Origin: Azolla caroliniana
Lineage: Eukaryota; Plantae; Polypodiophyta
DNA length: 64,000 bases
NCBI GenBank assembly: GCA_043228905.1
Contig: JBHGNT010000015.1
Coordinates: 12,586,001-12,650,000, forward strand
Direction of reading: 5' to 3'
Part shown: positions 12,463 through 26,099 of the stretch, piece after piece
Position numbering within the stretch: position 1 is the stretch's first letter
How the letters are laid out: the number at the start of each line of letters is the position of its first letter
Notes under the pieces: model-generated
Database searches by the model: none
Told to the model about the DNA's origin: nothing
What the model saw: only the letters and a program-made list of their open reading frames with translations
Made by a program: the position numbers and the translations under genes

Positions 12463-15400
12463 TGGTATCAGAGCGGTTTGGTAGCTCGATCTAGCCCATC
12501 TGCGTGTGTTGTGTTCTACGCCGACGTTCAAGAAGAACCGGCTCATCGCTATCGTAGTGTGACTACATTGCTCGTGTTTGAGAGAGAAGGAAAAGAAGAA
12601 AGAAAGCTTCATCGAAAATGAATACACAAATAGGGAGTGCTCTCCCTAGCGAGAAGTTGGATCGAAACAACTTTGCATCTTGGGAGTACAAGATGCACCA
12701 ATACCTTGTCGGCCAAGGCTATTGGAGCTACAAGGCTATTGCACCAATCAACTCGACCTGAAGGACACCGACTACTCAACATGGGAGCAAGCAGCAAGTT
12801 GAGTGATGTATTGCTTGGCGACGTGTGTTCATGACCACATGCTCAACTACATTCGAGAAGCCAAGACACCAAAGGAAGCGTGGGAGGATCTACGAAAGAT
12901 ATTCGTTGCCAACACAACAGCGAGAAAGTTTCAACTCCGCCAAGAGTTGAACAACATCCAACAAAGGGATATGTCCATCACAAGCTACACCTTGAAATCA
13001 AGGAGCTTTGTGATGCACTCGGCTCGATAAGCGTTAACGTGGAGGATGACGAAATGGTGTAAATATGCCTCGGCGGCCTTGCACCACGGTTCGACGCGAT
13101 GAGGACCGCCGTAATAGCATGGGAGAATCCTCCCTCTTTCTTCGATCTTCAATCCATGTTGTTGGTCGAAGAAAACCACGTTCGAACAAGGAGCAACGTC
13201 TCGAAAGGCCACATGCTTTACTCACACTCGGACGGAGGAAGAGGACGCGACCGTGCAAGAAGAAGCCGATTCAGCCAAGGACGAGGTAGACGAGGTTCGA
13301 ATCACAAAAACAACACCCAATTTCGGCAACAAGACGGAAGCCATTGAGGAATCTTCGAAAGAAGGGGGAGCTTCCATTCCGTTCCGAGTCGACAAAACTC
13401 GATCGAATGCGGATATTGTGGCAAACTCGGCCACCACGAAGAAGATTGCCGAAAGGAGATGCATGAGTCATCTTCCACTAGTCGACAACTCACTAATTAT
13501 GCCACCAACTCTGACTATGAAGATCATGACAGAATGTTCGTGATGAAACATAGAGTGAATTCTATGTCCGCTTCTACTTCAACTAGTGCCTCCGGTCCGG
13601 AAGATGTATGGTTCGTTGACTCTAGTGCCTCGAACCATATGACGTCTCGTCAAGAATGGTTCCGAGAACTTCGAGAACCGGATCGACCCGTTTATGTTGA
13701 AACCGGAGACGACACTACACATTTGATTTGGCACATCAGCAATGTTCCATTTAGAAAAGAAGGTAAGCAAACTTATATTAAGAATGTCTTGCATGTACCT
13801 ACCATTATGAAGAATCTGGTCTTCGTCGACCAAATTGTTGAGAAAGGGATGCAAGTTCGATTTAATCAAGGTGGTTGCTTCATCGAGAAAGAGTGTCGAC
13901 TCATCGCTCGCGGACGAAGAGAGGGCTGGATGTTCATTCTTGACTCGCACGGGATGAAATCGGCCATGTTTGCAAAAGGCACCAAATCTGACACCGACAT
14001 AGAGTAGTGGCACAAGTGGATTGGTCACATCAAGATACCTCCAAAAGCTCAAGGCAATGCAAGCGAAAGGACGTCGTCATCGGACTCCTGACCTTCAAAG
14101 AGAAAGAGATTGAAGGCGTATGTGCAACATGCCAATTCGGCAAGCAACATCAACACTCGTTTCCGAAGGAGAGGAACGTGAGCAAAGGTGTACTCGACGT
14201 AATTCATTCCGTTGTATGGGGACCGGCTCAAACGGCTACATTTGGCGGGTGTTGATACTATGTGGCCTTCATCAGTGACATCTCCAGACACATCTGGATC
14301 TACCCCATGCGGCAAAAGAGCGAAGTGTTTGGACACTTCCAAAAATTTAAGAATGAAGTGGAGAAAGCCACAGGCGGACATGTACGATGTCTTCAGTCGG
14401 ATGGAGGAAAGGAGTACTTCTCCAACGAATTTTCAGCTTTTCTACGAAAAGAAGGAATTCAGTGAGAGTTTTTGTGTCGACATACGCCACACCAAAACGG
14501 AGTAGCTAAACAAAAGAATCGGCACATCCTCGAAGTAGCACGGGCCATGCTTATCGAGAAGCACATGCCGAAGTCGTACTGGGCAGAAGCGACGAATATT
14601 GTTGTCTACCTCATGAATCAGTGCACGACATTCGAAGTGCATGAGGTTACCCTACATGAGAAGTTTTTCGGGAAGAAGCCTGATCTATCACATGTTCCAA
14701 TATTCGGCTCCATTACATAAGTGCACATCCCCGACGAGAAGCCTCAAAAGCTCGACCCGAAGTCGGAGAAATGTATCCTCGTAGGATACTCACTGGAGCA
14801 AAAGGGGTACAAGTGCTATAATCCCTCTACTCGAAAGGGTCGTGTAAGCCGAGATGTAGTCTTCAACAAATCAACATCATGGTACGAACCCAAGCCGAAT
14901 CCTCCCGAACCATTTCCACACGACCTGAAATCCACCGAACAAGAGATAGAAGATGGAGATAGACTCGAACACATGTTCGAAGAAAGTCCGATTACAACAA
15001 GGCTTAGTGGGCCACAAGAGCCCCCGAGTGACCAAAGCACATCTCGGCCTAGTCCGAAGATGGACAAAGGTAAGGCAAAAATGCCAGAATACGAAGATTC
15101 GATCGAAATCGAATCAATTCACTCTCTCGACATCTGGACAAATGGAGCGAAGAAAGCCTTAGTATCTATGAACGAGAACCTACGCTGGTCTACCCGTGAA
15201 AAGAACCTCGTAAGCCGATTCGGCTACGATGAGTACATGGCGTATCATTACACTTTTATGATGAAGGTGGTGACAGTACGGGAGCCGGAAACCTTTTCTG
15301 AAGCCGTGAAGGACCTGCGATGGGTCGAAGCAATGAATGAGGAGATGCAGACACTCTCCAAAAATGAGACATGGGATCTCGTCCCTTCTTCACTGCACAA

Positions 15401-17661
15401 GAAGACGATCGGCTGCAAATGGATCTACAAAGTGAAGTATAATGCTAACGGCTCCGTCAACTGCTACAAAGCCCGATTTATAGCGAAAGGATACACACAA
15501 ACACATGGAATCGACTACGAAGAAACTTTTGACCCGGTGGCAAAGATGACAACTATGCAGATCGTGATTGCACTTGCGTAGCAAAAGGGCGGCACTTGCA
15601 TCAAATGGACGTAAAGAACGCCTTTCTTCAAGGTGAATTAGAAGAGAAGGTGTACATGGTACAACCACCCGTTTTCGAATCGAACATCTGTCCAAAAGTA
15701 GTCTGCCAACTCAAGAAGCCGCTCTACGAGCTTAAACAAGCACTGCCCCTCTTGATCAAAACCCCTCTTGATCGAAACCTCAAACTAGATGTTGATTCCG
15801 GCACATACGAGTGCGAGCCAACTTGTTAAGAATTAGGTAAGTAATTAAGGGTTAATTAGTACCTAATTATGTGATTAGTTGATAAGCAGAACATTAAGTG
15901 ATATGTGTGTGAGGAAGAGAGAGCGGAAGTTACACTTATGAACAACACAAGATGGGGGATGATTAACTCTATATTAAATTAGCAATGAGGTATATATAGA
16001 TCTCATGTGCAAGGGTGCACATGTGTGAGGATAATATAGGTACAAAAGTGTAAGTCCTATATTAAATGTACTTGGGAGTGGAGGATCTAGAATATCCCAC
16101 TTAAGTACAAGGTCCTATTTAAGGCGTTATAGTCAACACTTCTAACTAGATTCTATCTAGGTAACTATGAAGTTACATGGTTGACTAAATAACTAAACTA
16201 AGTTGAGCTTGATCTGTCAACAAGCCCCCTCAAGCTCAAGTGTGAGGTGTCCGACATCCGCTTTAGCTTTCGTCGGCTTCGTGTCCTTCCGTCTGGCCTT
16301 CGGCTTTCTTCACTATTGCAATCGCAGTTCCTCCCCCTCAAGCCGGTGACGAAGGCTTGTAGTGTTTGGGCGAATGTCGACTACTTACACCCATTGTGGG
16401 TTATGAGCCGCTTCGGTGGAGCTCTTGGGCTCTTGTTCGGCCGCTACCTTCATCGCGAAGGCATAGTGATGGGCCATGTACTTGTTGTAGTCGAGCCGAG
16501 TGACGAGATTCTTCTCTCTAGAAGAGTGTCGAAGTTTTTTGCTCGCCAATGTGAGCGCCTTCTTTACTCCGGGTGTCCGCATGATGGGTACACCAAAATC
16601 ACTATCTAGTGAGGGAGACGACACATCCGAATCACCGTCGTCGGGGTGATCGACTTCGTATTCAGGCATCTTACCTTTGCCTTTGTCCAAGTTCGGACTT
16701 GGTTGCGATGTGTTTGGGTTGCGTGGGGGGGGGCTCTTGTGGCTTATTAAGCCTTGTCGAAATTGGACTTTCTTCGAACATGTGTTTCAAGAGATCTCAA
16801 TCTTCTACCTCTTGTTCGGCGGATTCCGGGTCAAGAGGAGTCAGAGTCAAAGTTGTCTCTGGTGCGTACCAGGATGCGGACTAGTCGAAGACTAGGTCTC
16901 GACTTAGTCGAACCGCTCGGGTAGAAGGGCTGTAGCACTTGTATGCATTCTTCTCGGACGAGTATCCTCTGAGGATACATTCCTCCAACTTCACGTCGGG
17001 CTTCGTTCGGGATGCATACATTCGCAACGCTTCCGAACACCTTGAGGTGCGACAGGATCCTGGATCGACTTCCTTCTTACAAGGAGCTTGTAGGGAGTTA
17101 ACTCATGCACTCCATTGGTGGTGAATCGATTCATGAGATAGACGGCCGTGGATGCCGCTTCGGCCCAATAGAGGTTCGGCATGTGCTTCTCATGCATCAT
17201 GGAGCGTGCTACCTCGAGTATTTGCTGATTTTTCCTTTCGGCGACTCCATTTTGTTGGGGTGTGTGTCGACATGAGAATTCTCTCCAAATGCCTTCACTT
17301 TGGAGGTAGGAGGTGAATTCATTGAAGAAGTACTCCTTTCCTCCATCCGATCATAGGCATCGAATGTGCCAACCGGTTTCTTTTTTGACTTGCTCCTTGA
17401 GATTTTGGAAGTGGGAGAACACTTCACTCTTCTTCTTCATCGGGAAGATTCACGTGTAGCGCGAGTAGTCGTCGATGAAGGTGACGTAGTATCGGCATCT
17501 GCCGATCGTCCGCATTTGAGCCGGTCCCCATACATCCGAATGAATGATGCCGAGGAGGCCTTTTCTCGCGTAGCTCTCCTTCGGGAATGGGAGTCGATGT
17601 TGTTTGCTGAGTTGGCATGCTTCGCATACTCGGTCGACCCGAATGCTGGAAGTCCGATGGC

Positions 17662-20339
17662 CTTACCGAGGATTGGGCTGAAGTCGAAAGAGTATGCCAA
17701 AGATATGATAAGAGGAAGACAAAAATATTGGGGGCAACAACATGGCCTATAAAGGATGATCAATTAAGGATGAACGATGTGGTTGATACGAAGGTCGAAA
17801 TACAATTCGACGGTACCACGGGAGAGGGTGTGGAATAAGGCAACCTCTTGTTTTGCGAAAGAATGACGGCCAAGGATAAGGTCGATGACTTGAGAGTGGC
17901 GAACACCACTTCAAGAACGGAAGAGGGTTTCAGAATACAAGTATCTGAAACATCGGGTGAAAAAGGGGTAAGCATAATTGATGCTTTCATGATCGAGGGA
18001 GATAAAGAGTGAGAGGCGGGCTTGATTGAGGAGGCCGCCACGAAAGATGACATCGAATCGGAGGTGGCTATGGATGAATCAATGGCGGATGGCCATATGA
18101 AGACTTTCCCACCACTAGTTCTAGACACTTCGGCAGTTGCGTTCGAAAGACAACGTGAGACTGAAGAGGTGGAAGGTGGTGGAGAGAAAACAAAGTTCAA
18201 ATTCAATGCATACAATGGAGAGATAGCCAAGAAGGTGGCTATGGGTGAAACAACGGAGAACGATAATACCGAGGATTCCTGCCCACTAATCCTAGAGACT
18301 TCGGCGGTTGTGTCCAAGAAGCAACATGAGACCGGAGAGACGGGAGATAACAGCGAGGAAGGTAAAGTCGGAAGCCGGTTCGGATGGAAGATGATATGTC
18401 TGAAATTCCGATCTAAACGAAAGCACAACAACGCGGAGGTCAGGTCTGCGTCGGGAGAAGCGCGTAATACGGAGCACCCGCTACGATGCAAAATGGAGCA
18501 TGCACTACGACGCAAAACGGAGCATGCACTACGACGGAATACGAAGCATGCACTACGGCGTAATACGACGCAAGCACTTCGGCAAAAAATGAAGAGTGCA
18601 TTACAGCCGCACGAGGATCTACGGGCAAGCGCGTATTCGGAGGTCAACATCGACATGTGGGTAGAGCCTACAGAAGGCAAGCGCGGAATGGAGAGAGACA
18701 GCACAAGGAGATGCTCAGGACGAGGGGACGATCAAGCCAAAGGAGGAACGAAGGCGGCACGCGATGGGAAAAATCCGGCGTGTGATCAGAATGATTGGGG
18801 GCCCAATTGGAGGACCTACGCGGTGGACAATGGAAAGAAGTTTTGGAGGCAAACCGGTCGAGGCCGGTGAAAACAAGGAAAAGGAAACAAATCCGGATGG
18901 AAGCCAACCCAAAAGGGGGCCGAATCGGTAAAAACCAATCAACCGAGTCTGAATAGACCGAATACGAATTAGAATGGAAGCCGAATCAACCGAAAGATGA
19001 TCGGACGAGACCGATTTAGAAATAAACTAATCCGACTCAACCGGAGGTCGAAGAGATCAAGGCTGACGATTACGAGGAAGAGGTCAACCAGGTGCACTAC
19101 AAAGGATGACAAGGACCAAGTGGGCCAAGAAAATTTGAAGGGTGTTACGAAGGATGAGATCTCGACAAAGGAGGGCTATAACATGAAGATTGTCAACTCT
19201 AACGCGAGATTATATGACAAAGGTGGACAAAGTAGGAAGCATGGCATATGCACAAGACATGAAGGGTTATGCTCAAGAGGAGCACGAGGAACCATGACAA
19301 CTGGCCATGGCCATGCAAATAGTGAATGAAGACTATGGTGGATCAGATGGTGACATTGGTTCAGGTGGAAAGAATGGATATGCTCAAAATGGAGAGACAA
19401 AGTCGACATAGCGAGCGAAACGGAGGGTACTACGAGTAAAGGAGAATTACGAGAACTGGTGATTGGGCGGAGCCGGCAACCGGAAACCTGCAACGAGACT
19501 GACAATGAAACCAATCGGGCGGAGATCGGACGGAGGAGACTATCGGCACATACCGGAGGATGTGCAGGTTCGGAGGGGGCGAGTGTCGTAGTGTACTTCG
19601 TACACTACGTGAAAAACGTATAAAATAACCGATTAAATAAATATGAAGAAATAGAAGAAAATGTTAAAATACGTCATACATGCATAGGGCAAGATTCAAA
19701 CCTTGCACCTCCATGTTAATAATGTAAAGCTTTACCATTACACTAACACATCATTTATGATAATAAAGTAGATGTTCCACATAGAAAGGTAACTTCACGC
19801 TAGGATAAACTTTAGTTAGAAGAAAACGCATGATAAAAGAAAAAGCTACACATGCACATCTAGCGTGCATAAACACTATAGTCGATAAAACGCATCAAGT
19901 TAGAAAAAGCAAGATCACTTTAGAAAAAGCATGTTAGATAAAGCATATAGTCTATTGTTAGAGAAAAAACATGGATTATTAAGACTCTCTCATCAATATA
20001 TAAGGATGGGGAGCACAATGTAATAGGGGGGTGTGAAATATTTGGAAATTGGATATATTTCTAAAAGACACCAATTAATAAAATATATTCGTGGGATTCA
20101 CGAAATAAACTATACTCGTGGGATTCAGGAGATTTCTATATCCTTCTCTTTCAATCTAAATTCATATTCTTACATAAATATTGATTAATATAATACTTGT
20201 GGGATTCACGAGGTTTCTATCTCTCGTTTATATAATCTATTCATAATTAAACTCGTCTCAAATTCTTCCTCCTCCTAGTCCAAAACCCCAGTGGTTCCCA
20301 CCCGACTCATGCAACGATCTGGCGCCGAAAGGCACGACA
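17662..20339 (+). mobile_element. 5'-truncated LTR element (probably a Gypsy-derived non-autonomous element) inside D
   Basis: PPT GGAGGGGGCGAG at 19572-19583, then a 756-bp LTR 19584-20339 with TGTCGT...ACGACA ends. The internal region has no pol. It replaces ~400 bp of D. Confidence 0.7.
18022..18870 (+). other. Unassigned 282-aa ORF with 24-bp tandem repeat (EHALRRKT-like)
   Basis: ORF track. About five 24-bp units at ~18467-18590. The opposite strand is also open (17760-18704). Confidence 0.35.
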
Positions 20340-23300
20340 ACGCAAGTCATTGAACCACTCTTTGTGGGATGTCATATGATGTGAGGCACCGGAATCAAGG
20401 AACCACATGTCTTCCGAATTGGAGGTGCTTGCGGAGTCGGAGACTGACATAGAGTTCGCTCTATGCCTCATTATGAATAGTCCACCGTAGTCGTCGTATT
20501 CGGAGTTGGTGGCTTAATTCGTGAGTTGTCGACTTGTCGAAGCCGACTCGCTTCTTCTTTTCGGCACTCCTCCTCCTGGTGGCCGATTTTTCCGCAATAG
20601 CTGCAAGTTGTGGGCCTCATTTGCCGACCTTGTTCGGCATGGAAGCTCCCCCTTCTTCCGAAGGTTCCTTGATGGCTTCCGTCTTGTTGTCGAAGGTTTG
20701 AGTTCCCTTCATGTGATGGGTCAAATCGACCTCTTCTACCACCTTGACCTCGGCCTCGGCCACCATCCGAATTCGAGAAGAACATTTTTCCTTCTGATGT
20801 CTTGGTTTTGGTTTGGAAGTGGTTCTCTTCAACCATTAACATTGATTGAAGGTCGAAGAATGAAGGAGGATTTTCCCTCGCCAAGATTTCCGTCCTCAAT
20901 GAGTTGAATCGTTGTGAAGGCCGCCCAAGCATACTTGAACCATCTCAGCTTTGTCGATGTTTATTTTGATGGAGCTAAGCGAGTCGCAAATGCTCTTGAT
21001 CTTGGCGGTGTAGTCCGACATGGACATATCTTTTTGCCGAATGTTGTTCAACTCTTGTCGGAGTTGAAGCTTTCGGGCGGTTGTGTTGGTGGCGAACATT
21101 TTCTTTAAGTTCGCCCATGCTTCTTTAGGCATCTTGGTGTCTCGAATGTGGCTATGCATGTGGTCGTGGACACATGTTGCCAAACAATACATGACTCGAC
21201 TCGCTGCTTGCTCCCATGTTGCGTAGTTGGTGTTCTTTGAGTCGAGTCGATTTTCTTGTGCGCCGTTTATATAGCTCCAATACCCTTGGCCGACAAGGTA
21301 TTGGGTCATCTTGTACTCCCAAGATGAATAATTGTTCTGGTCTAGCTTTTCACTAGGGAGTGAGCTACCCATTTGTGTGTTCATTTTGATGTAGTGTCTT
21401 CCTTTTTCGATTTCCTTCACTCGATCACTTACTCGTGCTACGTAGCCACACTATGGTAGCGGATAGCCGAAATTTGTCGTCGGCGTTTCGAACACACAAT
21501 TTGTGAAGAGGCGGATGGGCTTAGTGGATGTGCTAAACCACACGCTCTGATACCATGATAAGAATTAGGTAAGTAATTAAGGGTTATTAGTACCTAATTA
21601 TGTGATTAGTTGATAAGCAGAACATTAAGTGATATGTGTGTATATGTGTGTGAGAGGAAGAGAGAGAGGAAGTTACACTTATGAACAACACAAGATGGGG
21701 GATGATTAACTCTATATTAAATTAGCATCATCATCATCAAATACAAAAATAAACAATGAGTTATATATAGATCTCATGTGCAAGGGTGCACATGTGTGAG
21801 GATAATATAAGTACAAAAGTGTAAGTCCTATATTAAATGTACTTAGGAATAGAGGATCTAGAATATCCCACTTAAGTACAAGGTCCTATTTAAGGCGTTA
21901 TAGTCAACACTTCTAACTAAATTCTATCTAGGTAACTATGAAGTTACATGGTTGACTAAATAACTAAACTAAGTTAAGCTTGATCTCTCAACACAACTCA
22001 ATATCGACAACTGATCGGGAGCCTCATCTATCTCACGATCACTCGACCCGACCTTAGCTATCCAGTTGGACCCCTTAGCCAATTCATGCAAAATCTGCGA
22101 GATATCCATTTCGATTGCGCTAAGCGAGTATTACGATATGTGAGTGGCATAATGGATTACGAAATTCTCTACAAATCGGCGACCACCAATTCAACTCGAA
22201 GGGTACACGGATGCCGACTAGGCCGTCTACATAGCCTATCGACGATCAACCTCTTGTTTTGTGTTCTCCCTTGGTAGCAAAGCGATTTCGTGGAGTAGCA
22301 AGAAGCAGCCGATCGTCGCTCTTTCGAGTACGGAGGCGGAATACAGGGGCGCAACCGTAGCTGCATGTGAAGCTGTATGGTTCAAGAGGATTTTGAAGGA
22401 TCTGGGTGTTCCCATCAAGGATCTGATTTCCCTTTACTACGACAACATGAGTAGTGTCTATCAAGCTCGGAACCCGGTGTTCCACGCATGCACAAAGCAT
22501 ATCGAAGTGCACTATCACTTCATTCGAGAGCACGTTTAGGCCGGAGATGTTGATCTTCAACACATTAACATGAATCTTCAGACCTTGGATTGACGATCCC
22601 TGACTTGCCAAGCTTGAGGGGGAGTACAAGAGATAACCAAATACCGCCCGAACCGGGTATGAGCCGAAGCGGACACCGGAGATCATCCGAACCGGATACC
22701 AACCGAAGCGGACATCAACAGAAAGGAATTGACCCGAGTTAAGATTGAGGGGGCGTGTTGAGAATCAAGCTCAACCAAGTGCAATGTGTGAACACACCCT
22801 TTGAGAATCTATGATCACTCAAAGGTCAAGAGTCACACCACTACTCTCTACACATTAACTATGTGTCATACAATCATATTCTATGACACATAATTAATGA
22901 GTTCCATATTCCCCATGACTATGAGTCTTCACATTCCCCAAGAGAGAGTTGTTGTTGTAGTGAGTTAATGAAGAGAGAAGGTGACCTTATATAAAGCACT
23001 AGGGATCGGCAACAGTTCGGTTTAGGGGTTTTCAAACCTGAACCAAACCAAACCAAACCGATCCCTAAACCGGTTTCGGATAAACCGGTTTATGAACCGA
23101 CTTGGTAAACGGCTTGTAAACCGGTTTGTGAACTTCATTACACAATTCTATTACAATTTATCATTGAACTTCATAACACAATTTATCATTGAACAATCCC
23201 CCTCCAATATGTTCGAAATGTAGAATGGTTACAAGGCTTAGAGAAAAACAACAAGAAAACATAAAATGTGAAATGCAAGGCAAATTTAACTAATAGATAA

Positions 23301-23401
23301 TTAAAGAAAAACAACGAGAAAAAATTGACCATTCCAAAAATGTTAACTATTCCAATAATTGATCGTCATAATTGTCCCAAGTCATAATATTCCAAAAAAT
23401 A

Positions 23402-23696
23402 TCACTTGTCCAAGTATAAGTATTCAATAACATCATCCTCGACAATAATCTCTTCTAAATTGATATCTAAAGTATCATATGCATCATTAATATCTTCAGG
23501 AATTGGAATATTAACACTATCAAGTAGATCTATCCAAGATTGTATGCACATCTCGGCCTTGAAAGTGCATGAATGCAACCATTGCCTATCGTCGAAGTTA
23601 TCACGAGCTTCGGAGTTAGCTTCCTCTGAAGGCACTGATGAAGCTGGAATAGCCAAATAATCACATGCCGTTTTATACATCCTTGGAAAAATGGAT
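23402..23696 (-). CDS. hAT-1 transposase exon 3 (dimerisation domain)
   Basis: Acceptor AAACAG|. Reads 'SIFPRMYKTACDYLAIPASSVPSEEANS'. Spliced CDS is 1989 nt = 662 aa with no stop. Confidence 0.85.
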
Positions 23697-23796
23697 CTGT
23701 TTCAAATCATAAAAAAAGATACTATCAAAATGTGTTCATTAATTACCAACAATAACAAATTTGTTTAATACAACATGATGCAATATAGCTTGAAAC

Positions 23797-24063
23797 CTGT
23801 TGGTAGACCACCAATTTAGAGGGTCTACGGAACTCTTCACTCGTGGAACCTTCAAGAAACCTTCAATTTCTGTCTGAGCTGATGATTCATGAGATTTGTC
23901 ATTGTTCATATCCCAAATATCCAAAAAATCAAACGGAGATCCTTCACATGCATCTTCGGATAGAGAATCTTCGACATTAGGATCATGATATTGGGTTGTC
24001 AAGAAACTTTGCACCAATTCTATATTGAGGTCTCTCTCAATTGGATTAGGTGGTTTTGGAATT
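23797..24063 (-). CDS. hAT-1 transposase exon 2
   Basis: Acceptor GTGTAG|, donor AG|GTTTC, phases consistent. Encodes 'EIEGFL...DPLNWW'. Confidence 0.8.
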
Positions 24064-24140
24064 CTACACTCAAACAAAAGACACTATTAGTAAGAACGAA
24101 AGATTAAAAAGGGGGAATTTTTAGTTAAAAACATTAGTAC

Positions 24141-25567
24141 CTCGGGTCAACAAGCATTGCGATTCGAGATGGAATAGATTTAAGGGATTCTTGGTACTTG
24201 ATTAGATATTGTAAGCATTTGTTACTAGCCTCTTGTTGCACTTGAAGAGTAATCTTCTCAGAGGATGAATCAACCGAGTTCATATCCATAGAAATATATT
24301 TATTACAATGTGCTAATAAGTTGTTGAATGCAAGCACGACTATTGAGAGGGTCGGATACTTTGACCCACTCAAGTAATTACAAATTTTAGCAGGCACAAG
24401 CAACCATTGTTCCATACTTTGTATATGACTCCAATCTTCTATGGAGAGTGTATGGTACACAAACTCATTAGCAATGACATTGTCACTTGGGGTACAAATC
24501 AAGACATCTCTTAATTTTAGGGATTGTTGATACATTATTAGGGTTGAATTCCATCTAGTAATGCAATCTACACATGGTGGTTCATGTTCTCCATTCTCAT
24601 GCATGGTTTTTGAATATTTTTTAAATATAGCTCTACTCACTTTACTTGTGCGTATAGAATGTAATGTCTTCCTTAACTTCATAGTAGAAGGAGTAATAAC
24701 TTCTAATGCAGACTTTACACCTAGTTGATATGTATGCACCATGCATCTTAACATATGTGATGATTGTAAAATGTCTTGTCCATGATGACAAAGTAATAAC
24801 CTAGCTAATTCTTTTGATGCAACTAGAGATTCACTAGCACCGTCAGAAGTTGTAGATAGAAGACGTGAAGAGATATTAAATGATTTTAGACAGGAGAATA
24901 AAGCTTTTCCGACACGTTTTCCTACCCCATCTCCCGGAAAGACATCTAGGAAGTCTAAAAGCACACTAGCCGGCTTAGTAGACTTGAAACAAACAAAATG
25001 TAAAGTCACGGGATAAAATCCTTTCAAACTGTTGTTTGTCCACCCATCAAATGTTATAGCATATCTAAAATTTTGTGAGGACAAATAAGTAATAACTAAA
25101 TGGCGAAGAACAACATACATTCGTAACACTAATCTCTTAACTGTACGAGATGATTTAAGTTGATAAGTGGGCAAGACTTCATGCATTAATCTCTTAAAAC
25201 TAGAAGACTCAATATGTGCATGAGGTAGCATTGATGTGACTATGTATCTAACAACAGTACTATCAAACTTCTTCTGTAGAGTACGAGATATAGTTAATGT
25301 AGATGAAGTAGCATCTATGTTACTTTGGACAAGAACATTGCTAGAAGTTTGTGGTTGTGATGTGCTATTAATATTATGCTTATCTAATAAATGCTTGGCG
25401 ATAGAACCTGTAGATGTAGAGCTTGCCCACATCAAGTGACAATAGGCACATCGACGCTTATATGCATCTCCATCCTTAATGGAGATCATGTGTTGCTCGG
25501 TCCATGAAGTTCTTTTTCTTGCCTTTGTTTTGCCTCTAGGGGCTGATATTGATGTTACCTCTTCCAT
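24141..25567 (-). CDS. hAT-1 transposase exon 1 (BED finger + catalytic core)
   Basis: BED 'CAYC...HLLDKH', 'ITFDGWT', 'TTSDGAS', 'RCMVH', 'TRWNST', 'YPTLS', 'VDPR'. Donor AG|GTAC, phase 2. Confidence 0.9.
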
Positions 25568-26022
25568 ATCAATGTATGTTACTCTACCTATAAAATTTAG
25601 GTTATAAAAGATAATGAATTCTTTTGAAATGTCCTACTCTAATCATGAGTTATTACATTGTGCCACATTGTGGCTCAATTTGACTATATCATTATTCATA
25701 TATGTGCATAATTATATTGTGAATCTTACTTCATATATGTCTACATTGTAGACTGTAGTGACAAATTACAATGATTGTGGGTGTTACTTCATATGAGCCT
25801 TGAGGTAAAGTAATTTTAAATTGACTATAGTCTGTAATATCATTATTCATATATGTGCATAATTATATTGTGAAATTATGTGAATCTTACTTGTAGGCTT
25901 TGTAAAATAGATGGAATAAAGCACTTTGTAGGCTTGGAAGTTGGGAGTCGGGGTTGCACGATGCACGCAGGCGGCAACAACAGGTCGTCGTCTTCCACTT
26001 TCTAGTATCTACTATGCAACAG

Positions 26023-26099
<77 letters not shown>

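Larger units (their letters stand above)
15824..21993 (-). mobile_element. Nested Copia element D (related to A; RT/RNase H deleted)
   Basis: LTRs 15824-16222 and 21556-21993. PBS (reverse) at 21544-21555, PPT at 16223-16236. Perfect TSD CAACT at 15819-15823 and 21994-21998. gag 20896-21420, zinc knuckle CSYCGKIGH, integrase remnants 16700-17650. Confidence 0.92.

Noticed and set aside
20320-20331. TGGCGCCG tRNA-Lys-like PBS
   Set aside because: It lies inside the LTR defined by the TGTCGT/ACGACA termini and is followed by host element D sequence, not an internal domain.
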